Positions 25,163 through 36,474 of a stretch of DNA of 64,000 nt are shown piece by piece. The stretch comes from Octopus sinensis (taxonomy: Eukaryota): assembly GCF_006345805.1 (NCBI RefSeq), contig NW_021835991.1, forward strand, positions 248,001-312,000. Reading direction: 5' to 3'. The notes beneath the pieces are model-generated. The model was not told the DNA's origin and did no database searches. It saw only the letters and a list, made by a program, of their open reading frames with translations. Within the stretch, counting starts at the first letter, position 1, and each line of letters starts with the position of its first letter. Position numbers and translations under genes: made by a program.

Positions 25163-25231
25163 AAACATATAATCAAATTGATTTTTTTTTTACAAATAAA
25201 CACTTTTTGAGAAACTGTTATTTATTAGAAG

Positions 25232-25810
25232 TTAACAAAGCCATCTATCCGAAGTGGACCCCGCCAACATAATTGACGTTGCGTTGCCTCTCACGATAGC
25301 AACGGAGATCAACTGGAGAAGCCACCGGGTCTCACGTGTGTCGTGGCTTTTTAATGTGGCTAAGCGTCCAAGCTTCTTTAGGAAGCGAAGCGATTTCCCA
25401 CTTATTTCTCCAGTTGTCTCGACCACAATCGGACAGAACACGAATCGATCTCGCAACGCTTCATATTTTCTCTCCTTTGCCCTCATCGTTTTTTCCGCGG
25501 CATACAATCTGTCCACTCCGGCAATGTTGGACGGGCAGAGAGTGTCCACACAGGTTGCGTCCCAGACTAAGGATTTCCCCTCTTCAAATGGGAAAATTAT
25601 GATCCCATCAGGACGTTTTCCATCTCCTCGGTCAAGCCCGACCGGTTCAAGTACGGCTGGGTATCCTGCAGACTCCAGGTCTCGCTTGACAATTTCGTTG
25701 ATCGCCTTGTGTCTTGGAAATCGTCCTGCACTTCTTCGACAAGAGAGAGCATGGTGTCCATAACAATCGACGGTGGCCCCACACCGGCATTTGTGAGTCC
25801 GGCAAATCTA
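25232..25810 (-). mobile_element. CRE-clade retrotransposon 3' fragment
   Basis: HKCRCG...LSCRRSAGRFPRH...GDGKRPDG...WDAT...LLQLISVAIVRGN. Confidence 0.9.
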
Positions 25811-26076
25811 CAGTCTAAATCTCCAGTCTAATCTCTAATCAAATTGATTATATTTTGTACAGAAGGAACAAAAACCTAATTTGTACAAAACTGAAAGATA
25901 TGGAAAAACAGAATTCGAAAGATTGGATACAGAAACTCTAATAAGCAATAAAATAAAGATGGAGGAGTATTGCAAAAAACTAAGAAAGGAATATAAATAC
26001 AAACAATGATGCAAAAGATTTGTGGAATTATGTTAGAGCTGCAATGAAGAATACGGCGTCGTTGGTTTTTGGTATA

Positions 26077-26230
26077 CAGTCCGACCCCGAATTGGGGCAG
26101 ACCCCAGTGGTGGGGCACCCTCGGATTTTGGGGCACTTTTTTTTGGCCAACATTTGGGCAGAGTAAAATGAAAAATCGATAAAAAATACAAAAATTTTGG
26201 GGCACTATAAAATTGTGGGGGATGAAATTA
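26077..26230 (+). mobile_element. pogo-type left end (TIR plus subterminal GGGGCA repeats)
   Basis: TA|CAGTCCGACCCCGAATTGGGG; related ends at about 570 and at 35344-35364. Confidence 0.55.
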
Positions 26231-26302
26231 TAAGTAAATTGGCAAATTTATCAGATGGTTTATTACCATCCGGTGTGCAGACATAGCACTTAACGTTATC
26301 CA

Positions 26303-27580
26303 TTATGACACAAGAGAAGAATAGTATCTTCCTGCTCTCAACATGCTCTTTGTTAGGAAAGGAGCCTGTATGAATTGCGCTTTCAAACAGTTCATCCTAT
26401 AACCGATGTAGATTAAACCAGCTCCAGATCTACCATTTTTCCTGTTTTCCGCTGACAGGAAGACATTGATATCTACACTCCTAGTCATGACTCTGAGATG
26501 TCTCGGATGGAATCTACCTATTGAACCTATGTTGGTTCTTGAAAGAACCCCGCCTGATGCCGATCTGTCTTTGACGATTATTGACTTCTCCATCATGTTG
26601 CTGTGATAATTTCTGTAAGGCTCGTTGTCATCGAAATACGAGAGTGACGGATCTACATTGTCTGAGCCTCGACCGTTGTGCGGATCAATGTCATGTTGAT
26701 CAGAAAAGGCATGCACTGGCACAGTCGTGAAAGGCGGAATGTTCATAGCCTCTTGTCTTAGATTGACCATTTGTGAGGGGTCATACTGTCTAGTGATCAC
26801 CTCGGTCAATTTGCCAATTTCGTTGGTCTGAATGTGCCTTGATATCTCTGACTTGTAATGACCGACATGGTCACACAAGTTCATTTTGATAAGGCTATCC
26901 AAAGCAGTCAGACCTTCGTCGCTGAGTGATAAAACCGCTTCTTGAAGACCCTTCATGTGGTCAACACCCATCACTCTTATAGGGAGAATAGAAGTCAGTT
27001 TGTTAAGTTTATCTTTCTGGAGAATCAACTCGTCATAAATGATTTGATCTTCATCCTTGAGTGTCCCTCTGAGTGGGAGAGCATTCTGAACCTTATCTCG
27101 GTTCTCGAAATACTCTTTCCTGCTCCTTGTGGTATTTTTGCTTGCCGACGCACTCGATACAAAGTCATTTCGGATCAGGTTCGGATCTTCCATTAAGGCA
27201 TCCTGCCTGCACATTTCTTTCTCTGCTTGATTCTCCAGCATCACTCTCTCTGCTTTGTCGGCAAAATCGTTAAAGACTTCTTTAATCTTATCACTGGGTA
27301 GATTATCAAAGTAAGTCTTATCAAATGTGACGGGATTATCCAGGTCATTATCCACAAAGAGTGATATGTCGGTTAATTCCAGCATATTCTTGTGATACTC
27401 TGGGTTTTCCTTTAAGTTCTCATCGGATAAATTGTTTACTGCCTCGCGGACATTTCGCATTCTTGTCAACTTGCTGAAGATGACATCAGTTTCGACGACC
27501 CCAGGCCTTCGAACAAGCTGACTTACGGATGACCCTGAATATGCACTCCTGGATGATTGTAACGATTGAACGTCACTCAA
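26303..27580 (-). CDS. Intronless 425-codon orphan ORF in a GC-richer 1.5-kb insert (candidate endogenous viral element)
   Basis: Longest ORF in the window; no introns, unlike host genes; no TE motif recognised; TAAGTAAAT direct repeat at 26231-39 and 27773-81. Confidence 0.5.
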   Translation of the reverse strand: MSDVQSLQSSRSAYSGSSVSQLVRRPGVVETDVIFSKLTRMRNVREAVNNLSDENLKENPEYHKNMLELTDISLFVDNDLDNPVTFDKTYFDNLPSDKIKEVFNDFADKAERVMLENQAEKEMCRQDALMEDPNLIRNDFVSSASASKNTTRSRKEYFENRDKVQNALPLRGTLKDEDQIIYDELILQKDKLNKLTSILPIRVMGVDHMKGLQEAVLSLSDEGLTALDSLIKMNLCDHVGHYKSEISRHIQTNEIGKLTEVITRQYDPSQMVNLRQEAMNIPPFTTVPVHAFSDQHDIDPHNGRGSDNVDPSLSYFDDNEPYRNYHSNMMEKSIIVKDRSASGGVLSRTNIGSIGRFHPRHLRVMTRSVDINVFLSAENRKNGRSGAGLIYIGYRMNCLKAQFIQAPFLTKSMLRAGRYYSSLVS

Positions 27581-28199
27581 ATCCGCTCTATTATTCGTTC
27601 CAGTTGTCGAACAAACTCAAAACATTCGGCAAGTCCTCTGCTCATTGCAAAGGGCATGAGAAGTGAAAAGGAAAGCAAGGAGGAGGCTTTCGGTGTCTCG
27701 ATTTTAAACAAAACCTTTTCTAATAACTCTTCTCTTTCGGTTGCTAAGTTAATAAAATCTGTTCGTTCGTTTTAAGTAAATAATTTTTTGAGTAATAAAA
27801 ATTTATAAGAATAGAATGCAATGGCTTAGTTTCAATCTGCCTCATTAGATATTCATGTTGAATTTCCACCAATTTCGTTATTGTCAGTTCATTTATATTT
27901 TCGATATTGTACTTTTGGGATAAGAATTAAAAGTTAAAATACAATTCTTTTACAACATCTCAAATTGGATTTTTGTGAGAGTTTTTTGATTAAGAAAAAT
28001 TTTTTTTGATTAAAATAAATGGATTATCAATGGAAACTCCAAAAAAATAAATATTGTTATCTAGGACATATTCCAAGATTTTAAACTGCTATGAAGAGCT
28101 TCGTTGTATTAAATTGTTAAGACTACTTGGAATAAAATCCATTTGATCTCAAGCAGGTAAAAAAGCGAACAAGACCGCATTTACTTCTTCCTAGCATTC

Positions 28200-28930
28200 G
28201 AGAAAAAAAAGATGCCGTCTTGAAGTCAGACAAAGCCACAATTCACGCATAAATTATCAAAAAACAGTTTTGAAATTTACAAAAACATTGCATCCTTCGA
28301 ATTTACCAAAACAAAGTCAAACAAATTTCACATTAACCAATCAAAAAAAGATCGGCTTCGTAAGCCCCAGTGGCTGAAGACTATGGATGTTGGAATTCAA
28401 ACGTCGTAGGAACCAAGTTTTCAACCGGGGTCAAATCTTGTCAACGTTCCCCACCCGTGAGGCGACGAGTCCATCTGGCACGACACAGATGTCGAAAGGG
28501 ACCTCCTTCCTTCCCCTGATCACATTACCGATGAAGAATCTCCATTATGCAAAAAACCCGTCCGGATTCAAATGAAGTGCGGTGAGCTACGGTAGGAGGC
28601 TGACAAATGGGAACTGGACATACCAGAAATTCCCCACCTCTCTTTGGAGACGGATGGCTGTAATGAAGATTTGGAGGCCAATGTTGATCGGCACAAGCAA
28701 TCCCTTCGTTCCTTGCTTCTTCATTTGATTAGTTAGTTGTGACTGTTTGTGCTGGGTTTGCCATGTTGTGCAAGCTTGGGGGTTATAAATAAATAAAAAA
28801 AGATCGGGAAATTTTTAGGCGAGGACTCGTAAAGCTTATAATGTTTTCCTTGTACAACAAATATTAGAAAAAACTAAAATACAAAACCAAGAAGACATAT
28901 CTTTCAGAGAAATTGATACATTGGTTAGTC
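28200..28930 (+). mobile_element. Degraded LINE RT remnant interrupted by a 439-bp insert
   Basis: After rejoining, FRRG...NVFLVQQILEK resembles the LINE RT GFR..RS..D....RQ..EK motif. Confidence 0.5.
28356..28794 (-). other. GC-richer insert flanked by a 13-bp target-site duplication; degraded orphan reading frame
   Basis: AAAAAAAGATCGG at 28343-28355 and 28795-28807; minus-strand frame MANPAQTVTTTNQMKKQGTKG... with 3 internal stops. Confidence 0.65.
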
Positions 28931-30584
28931 TGAATTGCACAACTTAAGAAATACTAGTACTATATAAACAACGGGATCGACACTCAGCACGTCGCATCAC
29001 TGGACAGACAAGTCCTGGACAGCGCCCTTTCAATGATTAGCCCGTCTCTCAAACACGTTTATTTTCTCAAGTTAGACTTGAAGCCAATCGAATGATTTGA
29101 TCAAGTCCCTTGTCGAGAATGTGCAGGAGGACTATTTGTTGGGTGTGAGGAAGGCAATAGGTGAGACACTCGGCTACGAAGCATTGACGGTTAACCTGCA
29201 TACATTCGCGTTTAAACCGCGAATATTTAAGTTTTATAAACAAAAATTAATGTTTTTCCCAAATTAACTAAAAGCTGTCTTGTTAAAATAAACTTAGATC
29301 CAAAAACTAAAAATTTTATTATAATACAATTCATTATTAATACAATTCTGTGAAGTTGTGGGCGATTGCTCGTTCGGTTAATTTGTCTATCACATCCTCC
29401 GTCTTGTTTCGAGCATTTGAATAGCAAGATTAAGGTATATCAATGTTTTCTGTTTTCTCACAAATACCACGTTGTAACGTTTGATTTAAACAAGTTTATT
29501 TTAATTCATATTAAAAAACAAATAAATTAAAATAAATATAGTTTCATAGATATAAAATAATAATAAAACCTAAATAAACAAACCCGTGTCAAAAAGATAT
29601 TGAGAATTTAAGCATTCTCAGACAGCACGAACTTGTACCCATTTTTTACGAAGTTGATAGAAATTTGGATTTATGACGTTAAGATTTTTGAATCCATTTT
29701 GAATTTGGTGAAAATACCAAAAACTTTTGTTATCACTGAATTAAGCATTTCTCCATATTAAAGCTTGAATCATTAATGTAATCATTAGTGACTATATCGG
29801 GATTGTAAATTAAAGAAAATAAATTTAACATCCAATTTTTAAAAAAAGCCTTTTCGAATTCTCAAATATGTTTGAATAACATCAAATGCAATGTTTTCAT
29901 CATCAAGATTTCAATAATTTACAATGTTTTCATCATCAAGATCTTTGCAACGTTTGAGACAAATAATAGTTATTTTCGTTTCTCTTTAAATTTTGGATAG
30001 TTATTTCTTTTTTCCCAATCATATATTCAACAAATATTTTTGGGAAATCTAACATATTCAATGAAGTGGTGATCGTTGGTAAACTTTTTTGAACAAATAT
30101 CAATGAAATATTCTTTTCGAATGTTTTATTGCGCTTGCGGCAGTTTTGACATTTTATTGTATTCCAGACACGTAAAAAATCAAAAACTCACTCAATTTTA
30201 AACACTATTAATATATTAAAAATGCTTACTTTTTGAATTAAATCACTCACGTTAATTTTGAAGATTTTTCTGTGCGGTTATCATATGATTATAAATAATA
30301 AATTTCTTCAAGAAAATCCAACTGTGTTGTTTTTGTTTTTGAAGACATACTTTTGCCAGAATAAATGTACTATATCAAAACTCGTGGTAAATCAGCTAAT
30401 TATAATTTAAACACCATCATTCTTTATTACCGCAAAGAATTATTTATTCAAACTACCATTGTTTCATTCAATTTTATTTTGAGAATTTTTTGTACAGAAA
30501 AATTATCAGAGTTATATTTGATAAAAAGTTTATTCAACTTAGTCTTAATTAAAAATAATTTAGTTTGCCTAAAGTGATAAAAGA

Positions 30585-30660
30585 TTAATCGAAGGGAGGG
30601 TCAGCAGCCTGACGGATCGCCAAACTGTTCCCCGGATAACGGCGATCGAGAACCGAAGTT
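30585..30660 (-). mobile_element. Ultra-short CRE 3' terminus
   Basis: SIAVIR-NSLAIRQAA; near-identical to 56445-56545. Confidence 0.8.
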
Positions 30661-30789
30661 TTTTTACTCTTAATTGAAATTTTTTTTGATATTTGATTTT
30701 AATAAAGGTTAGTATTTGTCCAAAAAAATAAATTGTTAGTTATATCGATTTCCAGAGACTAGGAGTGAATAATTATTTAAAACATGTCT

Positions 30790-32154
30790 CTATCTAATAT
30801 TCAGTGATTTTTTCATTTGTGATATCAAGGGCGATTGTCCTTGGCCGCATTCATCTCCATTAACATCGTCAAAATCTAAAGTCCAAACAAACATCCCTGC
30901 TAGTCCATTATCTTTCACATATTTTGCCTACAAGGTAAAGAAAAATTTATTTCCCTTTTCTTTAATACTTCTGATACTTTCATATCCCAACCAATGATAG
31001 TCCTTAACTCCATGAGAAGCTTTTTGCTTATCGTCCCAAACTTCATCATAACCTTGATTAGAATACTAAAAATTTTTTTTAGAATAAGAAGTACCTCAAT
31101 ATAGGCTAGAATTCCTGATTCTTTTGTTATCGGTCCTTGGCTAGGTCCCCCAACGATTTTATCTCCAATTTTTGGATTTTTTGATCTAGTTTTGAATCCT
31201 TGTCCGTAGGTTGGTAACCCGATGAGTAGTTTTGACTTTGGAGCACCGTGCTTAGACCAATATCTGACTACATAATCCTGTAAATTTTGAGTTTATTTAA
31301 TTTGAGTACAGTGTTGAATGTATCAGCATCGTTTATTCCATATAATCCTGTATGATGGCCAACTGTGTTCGAAAATTGACCGTAGAAATCATAAGTCATT
31401 AAATTGATGTAATCAAGATATCTAATTTTCAGAATGTGAATATTTAACCTAGAAATTTCTCTTATTTCATATGAAGACTGAATTGTCGAAACTCCTGCTG
31501 AAACAGCTGCTGTCAACAAATATCTTTTCGAGCCTTTTTGAAATTCTGTGCTCATAGCTTTCAAAAGTCGACTGTACGCTTGTTTTTGATTCGTAGGAAA
31601 TTCCCAATCAATGTCAAATCCGTCAAAATTGTATTTCTTTAAAAAGTCTTTTGTATTTTTAGCAAATGTTTCTGCATTAGAGTCGCTTCTTGATACAGTC
31701 GTAAACTCATTGAGCAGTTTGTTCCACCCTCCGACAGAAAGCAAGATTTTCAAACGAGGATTCAAACGTTTAAGAGAAGTGATTCTATGAAAATCGTTAT
31801 ATTTACCTAATATATATGTAAAAAATTACCTCCAGGCAAGTCAGACCAATTGTCATTTGAAATAATAGAAAGATTATTTACATCAATGGTGCAGAATGCA
31901 TATATTATATGCGTACAAAGGTTTGCTAAATGGCTGTCATCGAATTCAAACCCCCCTGGCCTGTATTTTGCCCAGTTTGTATAATAGCAGAACAATACTT
32001 TAATAATTATTCATTTTTATGCTACCTTTAGATTCCACTGGCATAAAAGAATGTGTTAAATCAATTTTTAGGATTTGAACATAAATAAAAAAACCGACTT
32101 TTTTAATTAACAAAAACACCAATTAATTAGAAAATAACTAGTAATCAACCACAT
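30790..32154 (-). CDS. GH18 chitinase (catalytic domain only), multi-exon
   Basis: [39 protein letters not shown] (intact DxDxE), [17 protein letters not shown]; short introns; the 5' start at 32154 is tentative. Confidence 0.9.
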
Positions 32155-32402
32155 AATGAATAGACAATTATCATAATGGAACTAGAAGTCTTTGATTTAA
32201 GGCTGCCAAAATATAAAAGATTTACTGACTAGCAAATTAGCGTTCATTTTTTGACTGGCCATGAAAATCCGTTGGAAAAGTCCGAGTAAAAGTGAAAATC
32301 GTTATCAAAAAGCCATGGTACACTAGTTTAAATTTAAGCTTGCTAATGTGAAGATTTTTATCGCATAAGGATATTTATAAAATATCGATTTATACATATA
32401 AT

Positions 32403-32810
32403 TTATTTATTTACCCCTGCCCCCTTCAGTTGAAGGAAACCGGTGGCTAACAAGAACGAAATTGTCAATGTCGGACGCTCCCAAAGATCCCCGATCGCGA
32501 TCCGGCGTTTTGAGGAAGCAGAAGATGGGCCTGGACACGAGTAAAGGTCACTGAGAGAGTGGGAATGCGTGAATTCAGCAAGGCTTATTCTTCGACGATA
32601 ATTGCGTAGCCAGGTATGATGGCCACAGCGGAGACGGGCCAAGTTCATTCGGGCTTCTCTCGAAAGGGAGGATTCGTTATTGTTTATTGGTGGCGGAAAG
32701 CGTCCCAGAAGCTTGTTTATTGCAAGACATCTGATTGCCTTCGTAGCTACCAAGTCGTGAATTCTCTTCTGGTTATCTCGGATGAAGCAGCATTATTTGT
32801 TATGCCAAAG
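32403..32810 (-). mobile_element. Jockey/I-like LINE 3' end
   Basis: LSREARMNLARLRCGHH...GDLWERP; homologous to 58526-58852. Confidence 0.75.
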
Positions 32811-33309
32811 TAATTTTTATATCCCTGAAATCCATCAAAATTTGAAAGTGGTTTAATCAGGGAATTGCCCCTGAAAATTAGGGATCAAACATTAATCTAT
32901 TTCGTTACTAAGATGACGTTATCAAAAAAAAGCTTTGATAAACATGCAACTCGCTAGATACATATGTTCTGCTTATCTAGATAATTTGTCTACAATTTTG
33001 AGAATTTGTGAAGAACACAGATTGATCTGAATAGAGATATTGCTTCCTAGTCTAAAATATTTTTCTAAAACGTCTTGTTGAAAAATATTTGCGCCTGATT
33101 ACACCAATTGTTATCGCTTTTGAAAAAATAATTAATTTTAGGTATCATCATTAACACAGCTTTTAAATAAATACGATTTCTATTGTTTTTATTTATTTTG
33201 TTTTTGAATAAAAATTAATTATTCATAAAAATCTGATTTAAATCAAATAAATCCCGTTTAAATTAAAAAAATCTGAATCAAAATAATTAATTAAATTAAA
33301 ACCCCTTTC

Positions 33310-33654
33310 ATGTCTTTTAATTATGTTTTTTTACTTAAAAATTGTTTTTTTCTTTATTACTCTTCAAATGCACCATTCTTATTTAAATGGCGAGTAATAG
33401 TTCGGGGTGAAATAACTTTTTTAGTAATTGTTTCCATTTCTATTTCCAAATCTTTAGCGGATTTTTCACAATTAGCTTCAGAAAGTTCGACCAATATTTT
33501 ACCTTCATTTGTATCCAGAAATGTTCATCTTCCAGATCCACTTTTTCTACATATGGTTCCTTCCTTGATGTTTTGCCGAACAACATTAAATAAGATCATC
33601 AATGCATGGTTTTACAGCAGTATTTCTTACCGTGGTCCCCAGAAATATGTTTAG
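33310..33654 (-). mobile_element. Tc1-type transposase HTH remnant
   Basis: RKSGSGR...ISPRTITRHLNKNG on the minus strand. Confidence 0.55.
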
Positions 33655-33959
33655 GTCAATTAATTCATTTTATTCTACTTTTTTTGTTATTTGATTTTAA
33701 TGGTTAATCGCAAATAGATTGATTCTTATGTCCAATATGGATTTACAAAATATACTGGATCTGAAAACGTCGATATCTTGAAAATAAAATTGGAGATTAT
33801 TTCCCAGTTAGTGAACCAATTCGTCAATGAATATGGCCAGTGTCAAACTCACTGCGGGCACGTCCTCTAATCCCGTTCTCCTTCTATATGACAATATTTG
33901 CTGCATAAATGCGGTTTAAAAGTTAAAAATTTTATTGAGTAATAAAAATTTATAATAGC

Positions 33960-34725
33960 ATTTTTTAAGTATCTATATTTTTTTTAGAACAATCTTCGTC
34001 TCTTATGCCAAACTATCATAGTCAGTACATAGAGGTCCTCGTCCACTTGTATTCCTGATTCAGAAGAATCCTTCGGTTGACACTCAATCACTGCTTGCTC
34101 CTCTTCGGGAACCGATATTCCATGTCTTGTCTCCATCTGCATACTCTCCAATGTTTTTCTTAAACCGAGTGTTTGGATATATGCCTTCACTCTGTCTGCG
34201 ATAGAATTCAGATGACTTTTGAAGAATTTTGAGACAATTCCATCCCAAGTAAGTACAACAGGGATAATCTTCACTTTAACCCGATGAATCGCCCCTAATT
34301 CATTTGCCAAAAAATCATATTTGTGGAACTTTTCCACTTCAACTTGCTTTAGGCAATTTTATTAGGTAATCCCAACTTCAATGAATGTAATTGTATTTCT
34401 CATTTTGTCATGCACTAAATATCTTGTTTATTGTTTGAAACAGCCGTATCCGTAGAAATAGTGGTGTCCACTCGAATTTCCACGTAGATATTTGACAACT
34501 TCATTGTGCCGTCTTAGATAAGAGCTGTTCAGCATTCTTCCACATCTGGTAACGGTCTTCTTTGCTGAGTTGCAGTGATTGCATTAATTTTCTCCGTTAT
34601 CAAAAAAACAAATTTCGATCCTGTAGTAGACAACACATTTCTTCAGTTCTTGCTGAGTTGTTTCCATGAATTAGCCATTCTGCAGATTCATTAACATTAA
34701 CTTCAGTGTCCTTCAACACTGGAAA
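33960..34725 (-). mobile_element. NeSL/R2/HERO-like RLE retrotransposon 3' fragment
   Basis: CXXC...DTTISTD...IEVGIT...EKFHKYDFLANEL...IIPVVLTWDG. Confidence 0.8.
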
Positions 34726-34826
34726 AGAATAGAATGCAGTGGCTTAGTTATAAGTAAATAAAATTATATTTTATTAATAAATACATAATTTAAATTTACA
34801 CGTTTATTTACATTTTTTTGTTGTCA

Positions 34827-35364
34827 ATGGTTATAAACTACGAAACAAAATTAAAGATTGCTAAATTGATATTGAAGAACAAATTATCTGAAAGACAGAT
34901 AATTCAAAAATACAAAATTAGTAAAGGCATGATTTCACGAATAAAAAAACAATTGTGCCTTTTCTTGAACAAGGAACTGTAAACATGGATGAAGATTCAA
35001 TTGAAAAGATTCGTGATTCCGTAAAAATTGAAGATAGCATTACAGAAGAATTAATCAACAATGCCGTAAACGAAACATTGAATGGGGAAAATGACGAATT
35101 TGTAGATAATATTTATAATGAAGGTTTAGAAAACGATAACATGAAAACAATTCTAAGAGAAACGCAAGATTCTCTTGATCAGTTAGAGAAGAAAATTTTT
35201 CATATATCTCTTAAAATGCTCAAAGAATTTTACGATTTTTGATTCAATTTTATGAAAAATGTAAGAAGTAAAAAAAAACTGCGGATAAATTGACTGATTA
35301 TTTTTCTAAAATTGATGTTTAAAAATCTCTGTATTTATTAAACCCCTGAATTGGGGCAGGACTG
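34827..35364 (+). mobile_element. Internally deleted pogo-like element (HTH start, acidic C-terminus, right TIR)
   Basis: MVINYETKLKIAKL...ISKGMISRIKK; LTDYF terminus; ...GGGGCAGGACTG|TA. Confidence 0.6.
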
Positions 35365-35479
35365 TACTCACAAAAAACTAATTCAAATATAATAACGAAG
35401 AAATATCACACTTATCTTCAGAACTAATGAATTTGAGTATTAGAATTAATAATTCAAACATTCGAGTAAAGATCTAAGG

Positions 35480-35640
35480 ATTGTTCGTATAATGATTTCT
35501 TTCCTGATAGAAGATATTCACCTGGCTGTCAAAATCGGAAATACCGCTTCCAATTTTTTTAAGACCACTCGTGAGTTCCACAAGGGGATTCGTTGTCTCC
35601 TATTCTATTTATTATTTATCTTGAGGATGCACTTAGGGAT
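35480..35640 (+). mobile_element. RTE-like RT fragment
   Basis: VPQGDSLSPILFIIYLEDAL. Confidence 0.75.
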
Positions 35641-35646
35641 CATCCA

Positions 35647-35931
35647 TCAATAAAAAATATCATGAGTTGATTTACGCGGATAATCAGGAGAGGTCATGGA
35701 CCCAATGAAACACGTGTCTGGAACGTAATTAATCAACTGGATCGTAGAGATCGGTCGGCAGTAGCTTGAGTCATTTGCCAAGATCGCGAAAGGCGGAAGA
35801 GTAACTTCGAATCTCTTTCTTTGGCTTTTGACTATAGCGTCTTTCATCGAATTTGGTTCTTCATGAAGAGGACGTTCTGTTTGTATATTATTGATATCTG
35901 ACATCCCGATTCGTTTTTCAACATCAATCAA
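35647..35931 (-). other. GC-richer orphan 94-codon open frame wedged between LINE fragments
   Basis: Stop-free, no recognised TE motif. Confidence 0.3.
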
Positions 35932-35986
35932 ATGGGTTTATCTCTAATCTGATAATACCAAATTTTTTTGAAAAGTTTAGATAAAA

Positions 35987-36352
35987 TTGATTTTTAGGGA
36001 AGGCAAGTCCCTGATTTGGGACGCAACTTGTGTTGACTCGTTCTCCGCGTCGGTGTTACTCAAGTCCATCACTAACCCGGGTTCCGCCAGTGCTCAGGCT
36101 GAGGAGGCTAAGAGGTCGAAGTATGGAAATATTTCGGACTCTTACGAGTTTGTCCCCCTCGCCTTCGAAACATCTGGAATTGTCGGCAGGTCTGCGACTC
36201 GCCTTCTTGCCGACATTGCCAGGAGAATCGCCAAGAAGACCAACGACCGGAGGGAGACGAGCTGGCTCTTCCAGCGAATCTCGGTCGCAGTGCTCCGCGG
36301 AAACTGCCACTCGATACGCAGTGCGGCGACTTTGAGCTGACCTCCAGGCTCT
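35987..36352 (+). mobile_element. CRE-clade retrotransposon 3' fragment
   Basis: LIWDATCVD...PLAFETSG...WLFQRISVAVLRGN, open frame; 3' UTR GAGCTGACC(T/C)CCAGGCTCT shared with the 16910 copy. Confidence 0.9.
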
Positions 36353-36474
36353 TTATTAATTCGTGTATAACTTATTCCCAATTTTAATTAAATATTTGTT
36401 AAAAAAAATTATAGCGTTTGATTTCAGTCGATTCTCCTCCTCTTCAAGCTAATGTTTTCGACTGGTACACTTAT

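Noticed and set aside
26303-27580. Calling the 425-aa ORF an RdRp or a rhabdovirus phosphoprotein
   Set aside because: No GDD/GDN-type motif set and no A/U-run gene-end or gene-start signals between the frames; left as an orphan
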